A stretch of DNA of 55,770 nucleotides, from positions 1-55,770 of the forward strand of contig JAHLWP010000028.1 in the NCBI GenBank assembly GCA_019057865.1, given 5' to 3'. The first letter of the stretch is position 1. Each line of letters opens with the position of its first letter. The position numbers and the translations under genes are program-made. Shown piece after piece: positions 40,081 to 51,765 of this stretch. The DNA is from Promethearchaeota archaeon (GTDB lineage Archaea; Asgardarchaeota; Lokiarchaeia; Sigyniarchaeales; SOKP01). The notes beneath the pieces are model-generated. The model made no database searches. It was given only the letters and a program-made list of their open reading frames with translations, and was not told where the DNA came from.

Positions 40081-40800
40081 ATGAGAAATATGGTATTTGA
40101 AGAATATTTTGACAGGTTTCTTAACGAGCGAGGTAGTCCTCGAAGGTCCTCAAATCAGATTTCGATTTCTCGAGAAGAATATGAGTCCCTCAGAGCTAAA
40201 GCGGAGAATTATGAGCTGCTTGCTGAGGAGCATAAACAAGTTCGGACGAGGAATGACGAGTTGTTGAAAGAACTTGATGATATGAAGGAAGATGGACGCA
40301 AATTGAAGGAGTTAATGGAAGAGAATGAGAAGTACTTGAATTCATTATTACGCACTCGCGCAGATTTTGAGAATTATAAGAAGCGTTCTGAGCGTGAGAA
40401 TGAGAGATATCTAGCTTATGCAATGGAAGGCATCTTAAAGAAACTAATTGGGCATTATGATGATTTAGTGCGAGCGTTAAATTTATTGGAGATTCTTGAA
40501 AATGCTGAGGGTATCAAGAAAGGGTTTGAAATTATAGTGAAGAATTTTAAGAAAATCCTTTCTGAAGAGGGAATAGAAATAATGAATTCAGAAGGAGAGA
40601 AATTTGATCCATACAAGCATGAAGTAGTTATGGTTGAAGAAGAGAGATATGATCTCCCTGAAAATACAATAATAGAAGAATTAGAGAAAGGTTATTATTT
40701 TAATAACAAGGTATTAAGGCCTGCGAAGGTCAAGATATCGAAAAGATCAAAATTACAAAATTTAGAAGAAAATCAAATTAAAATAAAAATTGGAAAATAA
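40081..40800 (+). CDS. grpE: GrpE nucleotide exchange factor
   Basis: RADFENYKKR, FDPYKHE, KGYYFNNKVLRPAKV. Confidence 0.95.
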   Translation: MRNMVFEEYFDRFLNERGSPRRSSNQISISREEYESLRAKAENYELLAEEHKQVRTRNDELLKELDDMKEDGRKLKELMEENEKYLNSLLRTRADFENYKKRSERENERYLAYAMEGILKKLIGHYDDLVRALNLLEILENAEGIKKGFEIIVKNFKKILSEEGIEIMNSEGEKFDPYKHEVVMVEEERYDLPENTIIEELEKGYYFNNKVLRPAKVKISKRSKLQNLEENQIKIKIGK

Positions 40801-40835
40801 AAATTAGAAATAAAAAAATAAAGGAGTGAAGAAAT

Positions 40836-42737
40836 ATGGGAAAAATTATAGGAATCGACTTAGGAACATCAAACTCAGCGGCTGCTGTATTGATAGGCGG
40901 CAAGCCAACCATTATTCCGAGTGCGGAGGGTTTAACATTAGGAGGCAAAGCATTTCCATCAGTAGTAGCATTTACAAAGGATGGTCAACGTTTAATCGGA
41001 GAACCTGCAAGAAGACAAGCAATATCAAATCCAGATCGAACAATCACAGCAATCAAGAGAAAGATGGGTACATCATATAAAGTAACGATTGATGGTAAAG
41101 ATTATTCTCCACAGGAGATTTCAGCTATGATTTTGCGGAAAATAAAAGAAGATGCCAGTGCCTATTTAGGTGAGGAGGTCACAGATGCTATAATCACTGT
41201 TCCTGCATATTTTAATGATAACCAAAGGCAAGCTACGAAAGATGCAGGAAGGATTGCGGGATTAAATGTCAAGCGTTTAATTAATGAACCCACTGCCGCA
41301 GCCGTAGCTTATGGATTAGACAAGAAGAACGTAAGGTTAAAGGTAGCAGTGTTAGATCTGGGTGGCGGTACTTTTGATGTTACAATTATGGAAATGGACA
41401 ATCAAGTATTTGAAGTAATTTCAACAGCTGGAGATACCCAATTAGGAGGTACAGATATGGATAGAATTCTTGTTGATTATTTTGTTGGAGAGTTTAAGAA
41501 GCAAGAAGGTGTAGATTTAAGGAAAGATTCAATAGCAACGCAGAGAGTTAGGGAAGCTGCAGAGACAGCGAAGATTGAACTTTCGACATCCGTTACAACC
41601 GATATAAATCTGCCATACATCACGGCAACAAATGATGGTCCAAAACATCTTAATATGACACTCACAAGAGCTAAATTGGAACAACTAATTGAACCAGTGT
41701 TAAAGAGATTGGATGCTCCAATCTTAAAAGCCTTACAAGATGCAGGGATGGCAAGAGGTGAAGTTGATAAAATCATTTTAGTTGGTGGGCCTACAAGAAT
41801 GCCAATAATTCAAAAGAAATTCGAGAATTTGCTAGGTAAAACTCCTGAACGTAGTATTGATCCAATGGAGTGTGTAGCGATGGGTGCTTCAGTGCAAGGT
41901 GGCGTATTGACTGGTGAGGTTGAAGATTTATTATTGTTAGATGTTACTCCATTATCACTAGGTGTAGAGACTTTAGGGAGCGTTTTTACTAAATTAATTG
42001 AAAGAAACACAACAATTCCAACTAAGAAAACAGAAGTTTTCTCAACAGCTTCAGATAATCAACCTGCAGTCGAGATTCATGTATTACAAGGTGAACGTCC
42101 AAGATCAGGCGACAATATAACATTAGGAAGATTCCATTTAACGGGAATTCCACCAGCGCCTAGAGGAGTACCACAGATAGAAGTCTCATTTGATATTGAT
42201 CAAAATGGAATTCTAAATGTTTCAGCAAAAGATAAGGGTACAGGTAAAAGTCAATCAATTACAATAACAGCGTCTACAAAGATGTCTGATGGAGATATTG
42301 AGCAAAAAATTAGAGAAGCTGAGGGACATGCAGAAGAGGACAGGAAATTTAAAGAGCTAACTGAAGCTAAAAATCAAGGAGAAGCTTTAATATATCAAAC
42401 TGAAAAGCTACTTAAAGAAAACGAGGGAGTCATTGGAGATTTGAAATCAAGAGTTCTGGAAAAAATCTCTGATTTAAGAAGTGCTATGGAATCAGAAGAT
42501 GTCAATCGAATAAAAAGTACTATTGAAGCGCTACAAAGTTCCTTACATGAAGTTTCATCACGGATGTATGGGCAACAACAAGGTCCTTATCAAGGTGCTC
42601 CACCTGGAGGAATGGGTGATGTACCACCTGGAGCTACATATGGAGATCAAGGAAAAACGCAAGATGAAATTGAGCAAGAACAATTCCGAAGAGCAACTGG
42701 GCAAGATGATAATGTAGTAGATGCTGAGTATGATTAA
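40836..42737 (+). CDS. dnaK: DnaK/Hsp70
   Basis: [43 protein letters not shown]; short archaeal/Gram-positive-type N-domain. Confidence 0.98.
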   Translation: MGKIIGIDLGTSNSAAAVLIGGKPTIIPSAEGLTLGGKAFPSVVAFTKDGQRLIGEPARRQAISNPDRTITAIKRKMGTSYKVTIDGKDYSPQEISAMILRKIKEDASAYLGEEVTDAIITVPAYFNDNQRQATKDAGRIAGLNVKRLINEPTAAAVAYGLDKKNVRLKVAVLDLGGGTFDVTIMEMDNQVFEVISTAGDTQLGGTDMDRILVDYFVGEFKKQEGVDLRKDSIATQRVREAAETAKIELSTSVTTDINLPYITATNDGPKHLNMTLTRAKLEQLIEPVLKRLDAPILKALQDAGMARGEVDKIILVGGPTRMPIIQKKFENLLGKTPERSIDPMECVAMGASVQGGVLTGEVEDLLLLDVTPLSLGVETLGSVFTKLIERNTTIPTKKTEVFSTASDNQPAVEIHVLQGERPRSGDNITLGRFHLTGIPPAPRGVPQIEVSFDIDQNGILNVSAKDKGTGKSQSITITASTKMSDGDIEQKIREAEGHAEEDRKFKELTEAKNQGEALIYQTEKLLKENEGVIGDLKSRVLEKISDLRSAMESEDVNRIKSTIEALQSSLHEVSSRMYGQQQGPYQGAPPGGMGDVPPGATYGDQGKTQDEIEQEQFRRATGQDDNVVDAEYD

Positions 42738-42825
42738 GTTTAGTATTTTTTTTTTAATATTTTTTTTTAATTTTTTTTTAAATATTTAAAAGGTTTTTTT
42801 ACGATTAAAAAAGGGGTTGTAAAGT

Positions 42826-43836
42826 ATGGCAAAAGATTATTATAAAATTTTGGGGATAAATAAAGGAGCTTCAAAAGAAGAGATTAAAAGAGCATTTCGT
42901 AAGATGGCTCGAAAATATCATCCAGATGTTAATCCAGATGAACCTAAATCGGGAGAGAAGTTTAAGGAAATTAATGAAGCGTATAGATTTTTAAGTGATG
43001 ATAAGAAAAGAGAAATGTATGACAAGTTTGGTGTTGTAGAAGGAGATACCTCAACATATCAACGGCAGAGAGGTGCTCCTGGAGGATCAAATGTATATCG
43101 AAGTCCAGATGGTACAACCTATTATTATTCAACATCAGGATCACCTGGAGGGTTCGATTTTAGTCAAATTTATGGAAATCAAAATAATTCAAGGAGTGGT
43201 TTTGGTGGGTATGATTTTTTTAATGATTTAGGAGATATTTTTGATGTGTTCTCAAGAAAGGGTAGTGGGAGCACAAGAGCAAGATCCCCTAAATATAGTA
43301 ATTTCCCTCGAGAGGGAGAAGATTTAAGATATGATATGGAAATCGATTTTATAGATGCCTTTCATGGAGGAAAGAAAAAAGTTCAATATAAAGATCCATT
43401 AACAGGTCAATTAAGAACTTTAAATGTAAATATTCCAAGGGGAATCAAAGAAGATCAAAAATTACGCTTAAAAGGTAAAGGAATGCCAGGGGAAAACGGA
43501 GGTGTTCCTGGAGATTTGTATATTGCAATACATATTAAAAGTCATCCAAAATTTGAAAGAAGAAATGATGATATTTATGTGGAACGAGAAGTTACCTTTA
43601 CAACTGCGGTACTTGGTGGAAAGATTCAGGTATCTGGTATTGAGAAAACATTAAATGTAACTGTTCCTCCAGGTACTAATGATTCATCCTTATTAAGATT
43701 AAAAAATCAAGGTTTTTATAAAATAAATTCAGATCAAAGAGGAAATTTATTGGTAAAAGTTAAAATTAAAGTTCCTAAAAAATTAAATAAAAACCAGAAA
43801 GAATTATTAGAAAAATTACAGATTGTAGGATTATGA
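42826..43836 (+). CDS. dnaJ: DnaJ class B (no Zn finger)
   Basis: J domain with HPD, G/F-rich region, C-terminal domains; no CxxCxGxG repeats. Confidence 0.93.
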   Translation: MAKDYYKILGINKGASKEEIKRAFRKMARKYHPDVNPDEPKSGEKFKEINEAYRFLSDDKKREMYDKFGVVEGDTSTYQRQRGAPGGSNVYRSPDGTTYYYSTSGSPGGFDFSQIYGNQNNSRSGFGGYDFFNDLGDIFDVFSRKGSGSTRARSPKYSNFPREGEDLRYDMEIDFIDAFHGGKKKVQYKDPLTGQLRTLNVNIPRGIKEDQKLRLKGKGMPGENGGVPGDLYIAIHIKSHPKFERRNDDIYVEREVTFTTAVLGGKIQVSGIEKTLNVTVPPGTNDSSLLRLKNQGFYKINSDQRGNLLVKVKIKVPKKLNKNQKELLEKLQIVGL

Positions 43837-43913
43837 AAAAGTGAATAGAAAAAACATATACTTTTTAAATTTAATTTTAAAAAGAATTATATCAAAAGGT
43901 GGAAGTTAAGATT

Positions 43914-44795
43914 ATGATTTCAAATATCAGTAAAACTTCAAATTTTTGCCCTGAATGTGGGGGCCAGATTATCTCAATTGAGGAGAGGGGGGATATTGTT
44001 TGTGGACAATGTGGTTTGATATTAAATGAGAGGCAAGTAGATTTTTCTCATACTGGGAAGAGGGCTTTTACATATCAGGAAAAGAGTGCAAGAGAGCAAA
44101 CAGGATCGCCTGTATCTATATTAACACCTGATATAAGTTTCAGTACAGTTATAGATAAAGCTAAAATTAGTAATCCTGATTTAAAGAGAGCTGCAAAATG
44201 GGATACTCGAATCACTTGGGAAAAAAGAAATCTTCTTATCGCTACTACTGAATTAAAAAGAATCAGTAGCAATTTAAACTTACCTAGTCATGTTAAAAAA
44301 GAAGCAATGCGCTATTATATTGAAGCTTTTAGGAGAAAATTACTTAGAGGGAGATCAATTAATGGTATGGTTGCCGCTTGTATTTATCTAGCTTGCCGAG
44401 TAAAAGAGATTCCCAGAACACTTCAAGAGATTTTAGATGAGACTTCGGTAAATGCAAAGGATGTAAGGAGATGTTATAATACTCTAATAAGAGAATTAAA
44501 TATAAAAACACCTACTACTGATCCAGTTTCTTTAGTTCCTAGATACATAGTAGAATTAAATCTAGATTCTGAAATAGAAAGATTAACCATTAACATTTTA
44601 ACAAAATATATTTCTAACTTCTCCACAAGCGGAAAAGATCCTAAAGGATTATGTGCAGGAGCAATATATCTAGCTTGTAAAATAAAGGATAAAAATTATA
44701 CACAAAAACAAATTGTAGATTCAATTGGAGTGACAGAAGTTACCCTCCGCTCGAGATATAAAGAATTAAAACAAAAACTTAATATTACCATATAA
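43914..44795 (+). CDS. tfb: Transcription initiation factor IIB
   Basis: CPECG...CGQCG Zn ribbon, LRGRS, PRTL, GKDP.GLCAGAIY, VTEVTLRSRYKEL. ATG 43914 preferred over GTG 43899. Confidence 0.95.
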   Translation: MISNISKTSNFCPECGGQIISIEERGDIVCGQCGLILNERQVDFSHTGKRAFTYQEKSAREQTGSPVSILTPDISFSTVIDKAKISNPDLKRAAKWDTRITWEKRNLLIATTELKRISSNLNLPSHVKKEAMRYYIEAFRRKLLRGRSINGMVAACIYLACRVKEIPRTLQEILDETSVNAKDVRRCYNTLIRELNIKTPTTDPVSLVPRYIVELNLDSEIERLTINILTKYISNFSTSGKDPKGLCAGAIYLACKIKDKNYTQKQIVDSIGVTEVTLRSRYKELKQKLNITI

Positions 44796-44869
44796 AAATA
44801 TGAATTTTCTTTTTTATTAGAGATTATTTCTAACTTTTGATATAATCTCTTCAATTTTTAAGTTCTTCT

Positions 44870-45403
44870 ATACTGGCTATTGGTGCTGGTAAAACAGCTA
44901 TCTTAGAAAAAGTTATAGAAATTCTTTCCAATAAATACAGAATTTTAGTAATATGTGGAGATATTACTACGAGAGTAGATGCTGATAGAATTCAAGCCCA
45001 TAATGCTGAAACGATACAAATAAATACTGGACGTGAATGTCCGCTAAATGCTTATCATATTTATCAAATAATTAAGAATAAAGATCTAAAAAATTATGAT
45101 TTAATCTTTATTGAGAATGTTGGAAACTTAATATGCCCTTCTGATTTTATTCTTAGTGCTGATTTAAGAATCACAGTTGTTTCGATAACTGAAGGAGAAT
45201 GGGTAATCGAAAAACATCCAATGTTATTCAAGATGTCACAAATAGCCATTATAAATAAAATTGACCTTGTTGAGAGATTAGGTACGAATGTGAATAAAAT
45301 GATAAATGATGCTAAAAAATTTAATCCAAAAATTGAAGTAATAACAACCAGTGCTAAAACTGGAGAGAATATAGATAAATTGATTGAAAAATTAGGATTG
45401 TAA
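44870..45403 (+). pseudogene. hypB: HypB hydrogenase nickel-insertion GTPase, 5'-truncated
   Basis: Open frame ILAIGAGKTAILE...CGDITT.VDADRI...INTGRECPL...ENVGNLICP...TEG...KHP...NKID...SAKTGE; in-frame TAA at 44843 and no ATG until 45221; the Ni-binding CH dipeptide reads CP. Confidence 0.85.
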
Positions 45404-45426
45404 TAATTTAAGGAAATTGAATAAAA

Positions 45427-45768
45427 ATGGAAACCCAACTACAAGAAATAAAAAAATTAGTTAAAGAAACAGAAGTAGATGTTATTAAAGTTAAAAAAAT
45501 GTTTACGATCTTTATAAATGAATATTTAAGAGGACTTAAAGTTGATAATTACATTGGTGAATATCCTACATTCATGGAACCCGTGATTCTTGGAGAAAAT
45601 GTGAAAATTGGAGATGATGTCCTGATAGGGCCCTATGTTTATATTGGAAATAATTCAGAAATCGGCAACTATGTTGAACTTTCTAACACAATTGTGTTTG
45701 AAAATGCTAAAATAGGGGATAATTTAAAATTAAATAATTGTATATATATATTAATAAGTATTAATTGA
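45427..45768 (+). CDS. Hexapeptide-repeat (left-handed beta-helix) protein, possibly truncated
   Basis: PVILGENVKIGDDVLIGPYVYIGNNSEIG. Confidence 0.7.
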   Translation: METQLQEIKKLVKETEVDVIKVKKMFTIFINEYLRGLKVDNYIGEYPTFMEPVILGENVKIGDDVLIGPYVYIGNNSEIGNYVELSNTIVFENAKIGDNLKLNNCIYILISIN

Positions 45769-45792
45769 ATGATTCTCTAAAAGTGAAGATAT

Positions 45793-46497
45793 ATAAAGAA
45801 AAAAATACCTAAAGATAAGATTTTTATAATTCTTACCGTTTTATCATTGTTAATTTTAATAATAATTGGTCCCTTTTTATTTAATATAAAAGAACTCCTT
45901 CATATAGGCCATTATGAAGTTGAAAAATCAAAAAGGGTAGATCATACTGATGGTTATAGTTTAATACGTCAAAAATTATCTATAGATTACCAAAATAATA
46001 AATATCACTTCTATAAAATAGAATTTAGTCTAAATTCATATGGGAATGTAGAAGATATAGGATTCTCCCATATTAATTACCTTATCTATGTAAATGACAA
46101 TATAAAGGAAGTTCATAAGGAAAATTTTGGAGAACCTTCCATATATTATTCCAGTGGTTATAATATATATTTAGAAAAAGATGATGAATTTATATGTATA
46201 GCTAATTTAACTTTTCTTTTTTTTATAGACAGTAATATATATAATGAAACTATAGATTTTCAAATTAGGCTTACTATACCCTACGGACCAACACATATAG
46301 CTGAAATAGATTTTGGTCTAGTTTTGTTGAATATTTTTTATGTAATTTCATATATTCTTATCCCGGTTTTATTATATATCATCATAAAACCTGATCTAAG
46401 AATTATCTATAACGAAGAAAGTAGGAAGCAGGATGCTAGATATTGGAGATATTTAGAAGATCGCCTTAAAAAACAACGAGAAGAAGAGAAAGAATAA
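45793..46497 (+). CDS. Membrane protein with N- and C-terminal TM helices
   Basis: Frame is open from ATA 45793 (after an AGTGA RBS), giving a basic N-terminus and a complete TM helix; the ORF-track TTG 45847 lies mid-helix. Confidence 0.65.
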   Translation: MKKKIPKDKIFIILTVLSLLILIIIGPFLFNIKELLHIGHYEVEKSKRVDHTDGYSLIRQKLSIDYQNNKYHFYKIEFSLNSYGNVEDIGFSHINYLIYVNDNIKEVHKENFGEPSIYYSSGYNIYLEKDDEFICIANLTFLFFIDSNIYNETIDFQIRLTIPYGPTHIAEIDFGLVLLNIFYVISYILIPVLLYIIIKPDLRIIYNEESRKQDARYWRYLEDRLKKQREEEKE

Positions 46498-46538
46498 ATT
46501 TAAGATTTAAACTTAAAGTATTTATTTAGGTTTTAAAA

Positions 46539-47350
46539 TTGAATAATAATAATTATTTCAAGATTAACTTAAAAAGATGGAATGAACTCGTAGAAATAAA
46601 TTCTAAATCAAAATTGTATGATCTTGAAGAATTTAAATCTAGTAAAACATCTCTTTTATCTATTGAACTTGAAGAATTAGGAGATGTTAAGGGTAAATCT
46701 TTATTGCATCTTCAATGCCATTTTGGAATGGACACACTTTCATGGGCGCGAATGGGTGCTATGGTAACTGGTGTTGATTTCTCACAAAAAGCGATCTCTC
46801 TGGCAAAAGAACTAAGTAAGAACTAAAAATCCCTGCGAGATTCATTTTATCAAATATTTATGATGTTTCTAAAATTTTAAATGTAAAATTTGATATTGTA
46901 TATACTTCATATGGTACTATTTGTTGGTTACCAGATATGATAAAATGGGCACAAATAATTAATAATTACTTAAAACCTAGGGGAATCTTCTATATTATCG
47001 ATAATCATCCTTTCGGCTTAATTATTGATGAGCATCAAGAACCATTCAAAGTAGGTTATGATTACTTTAATGAAGGTAAACCTATGTACTGGGACGAAAG
47101 TCCTGCTTATGCAGATCCAAATGCTATTCTCAAAAACCAAGCAAGTTATGAATGGTTTCATCTTATGAGTGATATCATTAATGCTTTATTAAAAGCAGAT
47201 TTAGAATTGGAGTTCTTACATGAATTTCCTTTTACATTTCATAATATCCATCCAGATATGAAAAGAAGAGAAGATGGATATTGGGAATTTCAAACCTTAA
47301 AATTCTCAGTTCCTATGATGTTTTCAATCCGTTCATATAAAAAAATATAA
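46539..47350 (+). pseudogene. SAM methyltransferase split by a 1-nt frameshift (~46820)
   Basis: LLHLQCHFGMDT in the first frame continues as LKIPARFILSNIYD...FDIVYTSYGTICWLPD in the second. Confidence 0.85.
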
Positions 47351-47398
47351 TTCCTATATATATTATAATTATTTTTAACATTATAAAAAGTGATAATT

Positions 47399-48379
47399 AT
47401 GGTTTCATATAAAGAATTGGGGTTCTCCAATACCAAAAGAATGTTTGAAGTAGCCTTAGAGAGGAAATTTGCTATACCAGGATATAATGCGAGTAATCTT
47501 GAACAATTACAAGGAATTATTATTGGCTGTGGTGAATCAGATTCACCTGTTATTGTTCAGATTACCCAAACGTCGTTAAAGTATATAAATAAATCAATGG
47601 TTCGATATATGGGAAAGGGATGTGTTGAAATGGCGAATGATTTAAGGTATAATATACCTATTGCTCTTCATTTAGATCATGGGGATTCTTTCGAATTATG
47701 TAAATCTTGTATTGATCTTGGATTTTCCAGTGTAATGTTTGATGGAAGTCATTTAGAATATGAAGAAAACATTAATATTACTAAAAAAATAGTTATTTAT
47801 GCTCATGAAAGAGAAGTAAGTGTAGAAGCAGAATTAGGAGTAATTGCTGGTATTGAAGAGCATGTCAAGGCAAGCGATCATTATTATACTGATCCAGAAC
47901 AAGTAGAAGACTTTGTAAATCGAACTAGTTGTGATTCCTTAGCCATTGCTATAGGCACTTCCCATGGAGCTTACAAATTCAAAGTAGAAAAAGAGGAAGA
48001 TATTCCTGAGTTACGTTTTGATGTTCTTGAGGAAGTAAGAAAACGTTTAGGTAAATTCCCGATTGTTTTACATGGCTCATCTTCTATACCACAGAAGTAT
48101 GTGAATCTCATTAATGAATACGGAGGAAAAGTATCTAAGGCTTTTGGGATTCCAGAGACTCAGCTTAAGAAAGCAACTCAATATGGTGTATGTAAAATGA
48201 ATATAGCAACAGATAGCCGCATACTTTTTACTGCTATGATAAGAAAGTATTTTCAAGAAAACATAGATCAATTTGATCCAAGAAAATATTTAGGCTCAGC
48301 TCGTCAAGAATTAATTGAAATGATAAAAAAGAAGAATAAGGAAGTATTAGGATCAGCTGGTCAAGCAGGATATATTTAA
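47399..48379 (+). CDS. fba: Fructose-bisphosphate aldolase class II
   Basis: ALHLDHG, SVMFDGS, VEAELG, AIGTSHGAYK, IVLHGSS, FDPRKYL. Confidence 0.96.
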   Translation: MVSYKELGFSNTKRMFEVALERKFAIPGYNASNLEQLQGIIIGCGESDSPVIVQITQTSLKYINKSMVRYMGKGCVEMANDLRYNIPIALHLDHGDSFELCKSCIDLGFSSVMFDGSHLEYEENINITKKIVIYAHEREVSVEAELGVIAGIEEHVKASDHYYTDPEQVEDFVNRTSCDSLAIAIGTSHGAYKFKVEKEEDIPELRFDVLEEVRKRLGKFPIVLHGSSSIPQKYVNLINEYGGKVSKAFGIPETQLKKATQYGVCKMNIATDSRILFTAMIRKYFQENIDQFDPRKYLGSARQELIEMIKKKNKEVLGSAGQAGYI

Positions 48380-48447
48380 GTATTAATTAAATCAATCCTA
48401 CTTTTTTTGGAGTTAAATTATGTATTTTCATAAGAAGTTTTGTGAGA

Positions 48448-48717
48448 TTATCCCTTTTCATAAACTACACCTGTTCCACCTACTGGATATTGGAAGTTAA
48501 TAGCCCCAGCTTCACAGACTTGATAACATGATGCACATTCTAAACATTTTGATTGATAATCATCAACAATATATATTGTATCATCCTTCTTTCGCCATAA
48601 ATTCATTATACAGATGATTAAACAGCGACCGCACCTATTACATTTATTATTATCTACTGAAATAAAATTACCTGTACCGGCTATTCTTTTGTTTAAATTT
48701 TCTAATTCAATTTTCAT
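48448..48717 (-). CDS. FixX-like ferredoxin
   Basis: CNRCGRCLIIC, CLECASCYQVC, YPVGGTGV; overlaps the stop of the upstream flavoprotein gene. Confidence 0.85.
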   Translation of the reverse strand: MKIELENLNKRIAGTGNFISVDNNKCNRCGRCLIICIMNLWRKKDDTIYIVDDYQSKCLECASCYQVCEAGAINFQYPVGGTGVVYEKG

Positions 48718-50120
48718 TTTTCTTTACCACCTCTTTTACGCTTTTTTTGAGGCAATAGTTCAAGAAGTTTTGGTAATATTGTCATTATTTTCTTAGGATC
48801 CATTAATTTGTCTAAATCATCTTCAAAAATCTTTGCAACTAAAGGAAATACATATTTCATAATAAAGGGTGTTGCTTTTGGCATGTATGATTTAATTTGA
48901 CTCGCTATTTGCCGTATCCTTAAAGCATGCGGTTGGGACCAATCAAAAATTCCACCTAATAGCTCCATGATCATTGGAACAAACCACGACATTGTTTCCT
49001 TTGGGCTAAACGGTAATGCTTTCCAGATATTCCACAACTCATATCCTGCTTCAAATTCTTCTCCAATACTTGTTTTTTGCCACATCTCATCAAATTTATG
49101 TAAAACTGCTTTAGAAACATCTCCAGACGATATTGCTTCTGTCGCAACCTCTGCAGCAATTTTTCCTGTTAACATGGCAGGATATATACCTTCTGCTTCA
49201 AGAGGGCATGGAAAGCCACCTGCATCACCAATTAAGATAACTCCATCAGTATGAGTATTATGAGGATAATCTAGCCATGGAAGCAGATGTGCTTGAAGCT
49301 CTCGAGGTTTTGCTTCCAAAATTTTTAATAGTCTTTGATAATATTTTAAATTCACAACTTTATTCAAGTAAAATAATGGATTTTTATCCCACCAGGTCAT
49401 CCAATTACCTAAGCCTTGGTGAAAACCATCTCTAAAAAATACTTGATAAGATGCTGGAAAAGTAGTTCCCCACCAAACAGCCAGTGCCTCATCACCCATA
49501 ATATCATCTATTTTTTCTGGTGGTGCTTGAAAATCATATTGGAGAGTTAGGGTAACCTGATTTTGAGCCCATTTAGTTCTTAGACCGGATTTCATTGCTA
49601 CAGTAGAAATTACACCATCCGCTCCAATTACAATTGAAGCTCCGTATTTTTCGCCTTTTTCATCTATCACACCACATATTTTTCCATTCTCTTTTATCAG
49701 ATCTACTATTAATGTTGAAGTTTTTAATTCAGCTCCCGCATCTGTTGCAAACTCTGAGATCCAAGGATCAAACTCACTGCGGTAAACATTCATAGTAATC
49801 CAACTTTTAGCAGGCTCATATGAGACAGATTCAGTAGGTCTTGCCATTATATATCCGGCAACAATATCTTCTTTGTTTACAAAATAATTTCGCGCTGCTA
49901 CTCCTGCTCTCATAGAAGGGCATTTTTCAGGAGTAAGTTCTTTCATTATTTCGAAATCATTCCACATCCTTGGTCCTAAACCACACCCAGAAGAATTTTT
50001 TTCACCAGGTTTACGTCCGCGTTCAAAAAATACTGTTTTTAAACCCATTTCAGCAGCAGTTTTAGCAGCTATAGAGCCTCCAGGTCCAGCTCCAACAATT
50101 ATTATATCATATGTATCCAA
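48714..50120 (-). CDS. Geranylgeranyl reductase/FixC-family FAD oxidoreductase
   Basis: VGAGPGG, RSEFD, IGADG, LIGDAGG, EGI..AM.TG. Confidence 0.9.
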   Translation of the reverse strand: MDTYDIIIVGAGPGGSIAAKTAAEMGLKTVFFERGRKPGEKNSSGCGLGPRMWNDFEIMKELTPEKCPSMRAGVAARNYFVNKEDIVAGYIMARPTESVSYEPAKSWITMNVYRSEFDPWISEFATDAGAELKTSTLIVDLIKENGKICGVIDEKGEKYGASIVIGADGVISTVAMKSGLRTKWAQNQVTLTLQYDFQAPPEKIDDIMGDEALAVWWGTTFPASYQVFFRDGFHQGLGNWMTWWDKNPLFYLNKVVNLKYYQRLLKILEAKPRELQAHLLPWLDYPHNTHTDGVILIGDAGGFPCPLEAEGIYPAMLTGKIAAEVATEAISSGDVSKAVLHKFDEMWQKTSIGEEFEAGYELWNIWKALPFSPKETMSWFVPMIMELLGGIFDWSQPHALRIRQIASQIKSYMPKATPFIMKYVFPLVAKIFEDDLDKLMDPKKIMTILPKLLELLPQKKRKRGGKEK

Positions 50121-50280
50121 TTTCTTCCCCTCAAATTTTATAAAAGTAGAGACTTTAAATTTTGATAGAAGGAGATAATATAAATATCTATTTAAATTTC
50201 ACCTCAAAATATTAATCACAATATCTTTATTGTATAACATATTTTTGGGAATAATTATTTGTTTTAAAGATATTAAAATT

Positions 50281-51765
50281 ATGAAAAAAGAAGTTATTCG
50301 TAAGAAACTAGCTAAAATATGCGGTTCTAAGGACCTCTCTGATGATCCAAAAACACTTAAGATTTTTTCTGAAGATATGAGCTTTACTGAGGGTCATATA
50401 CCAGACTTTGTTGTATGGCCTTCAAAAACTCAAGAAATAGAAAAAATTTTGAAACTGGCGAATAAATTAAATTTTTCTGTTATTCCAGTCAGTTCCAGTT
50501 CAATTTTTAGACATCATGGAGACACAATCCCCAAAAAAGAAAATTGTATTATATTAAATCTCTCCAAGATGAGAAAAATCCTTTCCATAGACAGGAAAAA
50601 TCGCGTTTTAATGATTGAGCCAGGAGTCACTTTTGATGATATCATTTCAAAGTTAAAAGAAAAAGGATTACGATTATTAATGCCACTTTTTCCAACAGGA
50701 ACTAAATCTGTACTCACATCAGCCCTTGAACGAGAACCCATTACTATTCCTAGATATCATTGGGATAGTTCTGACCCCTTATTATGCACTGAAGTAGTAT
50801 TTGGTACTGGAGATTTGTTTCGAACGGGTACTGCCGCAGGTCCAGGAACCGTTAAAGAACAGCAAAAAGTTGGTATTGCTTATGTAAATCCTATGGGACC
50901 AACTCAGTTTAGTCCTTTTAGAATTATACAAGGAGCTCAAGGAAGTCTGGGTGTTGTCACTTGGGCTACTCTAAAATTAGAGTTACTTCCTTCAATTCAA
51001 AGGGTTTTTCATTTTCAATCAGATAACATTCAAGAATTGCTGGATTTCCAACATGAATTAATAAAATATAGATTATGTGATGAAACCTTCATTTTGAATA
51101 ATTTATGTTTAGCTTCCCTATTAGAAAATACTACCCAAGAGATAGAAAACTTAGCAAATTCTGTATTAAAATGGAATTTAATTTATGTTATTGGTGGTAG
51201 GGGGAAATTATCTGATGATAAATTAGCATATCTTGAGGGTGATATTGGCGATATTTTAAAACAATTGAAGCTTGAACATTTAAACAGTAAAAGTCTCGTA
51301 AATGAGAGTAAAATTATCGAATGTGTATCTCAAGCAACTTCTTATCCATGGAGATGCAACTATAAAGGCGGTTATCAAGATATTTTTTTTATCAGTCAGT
51401 TTGAAAAAATTCCTGAATATACTTCATTAGTAGAATCAAATAAGTTGAAAGATCTAGGCATTTATATTCAACCAATAAATCAAGGAACCGCCTATCATTG
51501 CGAATTTGATCTTTATTATGATCCTAATGACGCCAATTTATCTACTAATCTAAAAAACACATTCTTAGAAATTAGTCGAAATCTTATGGATAATGGTGCC
51601 TTTTTCAATCGCCCCTACAGTTTTTGGGCAAAAGAAATGTATGAAAGACACAGCGATCAAACCCTAGTTGCCTTAAAAAAAGTAAAAAAGATTTTTGACC
51701 CAAATAATATATTAAATCCTGGGGTGTTATGTTTTGACAATGATGAAAAAAATAATAGGGATTAA
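50281..51765 (+). CDS. FAD-binding oxidoreductase (GlcD/VAO family)
   Basis: PDFVVWP, IEPGVTF, GAQGSLGVVT, KKIFDPNNILNPG; ATG 50281 preferred. Confidence 0.9.
   Translation: MKKEVIRKKLAKICGSKDLSDDPKTLKIFSEDMSFTEGHIPDFVVWPSKTQEIEKILKLANKLNFSVIPVSSSSIFRHHGDTIPKKENCIILNLSKMRKILSIDRKNRVLMIEPGVTFDDIISKLKEKGLRLLMPLFPTGTKSVLTSALEREPITIPRYHWDSSDPLLCTEVVFGTGDLFRTGTAAGPGTVKEQQKVGIAYVNPMGPTQFSPFRIIQGAQGSLGVVTWATLKLELLPSIQRVFHFQSDNIQELLDFQHELIKYRLCDETFILNNLCLASLLENTTQEIENLANSVLKWNLIYVIGGRGKLSDDKLAYLEGDIGDILKQLKLEHLNSKSLVNESKIIECVSQATSYPWRCNYKGGYQDIFFISQFEKIPEYTSLVESNKLKDLGIYIQPINQGTAYHCEFDLYYDPNDANLSTNLKNTFLEISRNLMDNGAFFNRPYSFWAKEMYERHSDQTLVALKKVKKIFDPNNILNPGVLCFDNDEKNNRD

Noticed and set aside
34720-46830. 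Frameshifts at ~34730, ~35535 and ~46820 as introns or programmed frameshifts
   Set aside because: Apparent 1-nt indels with no inserted structured sequence and no convincing slippery site plus stimulator.
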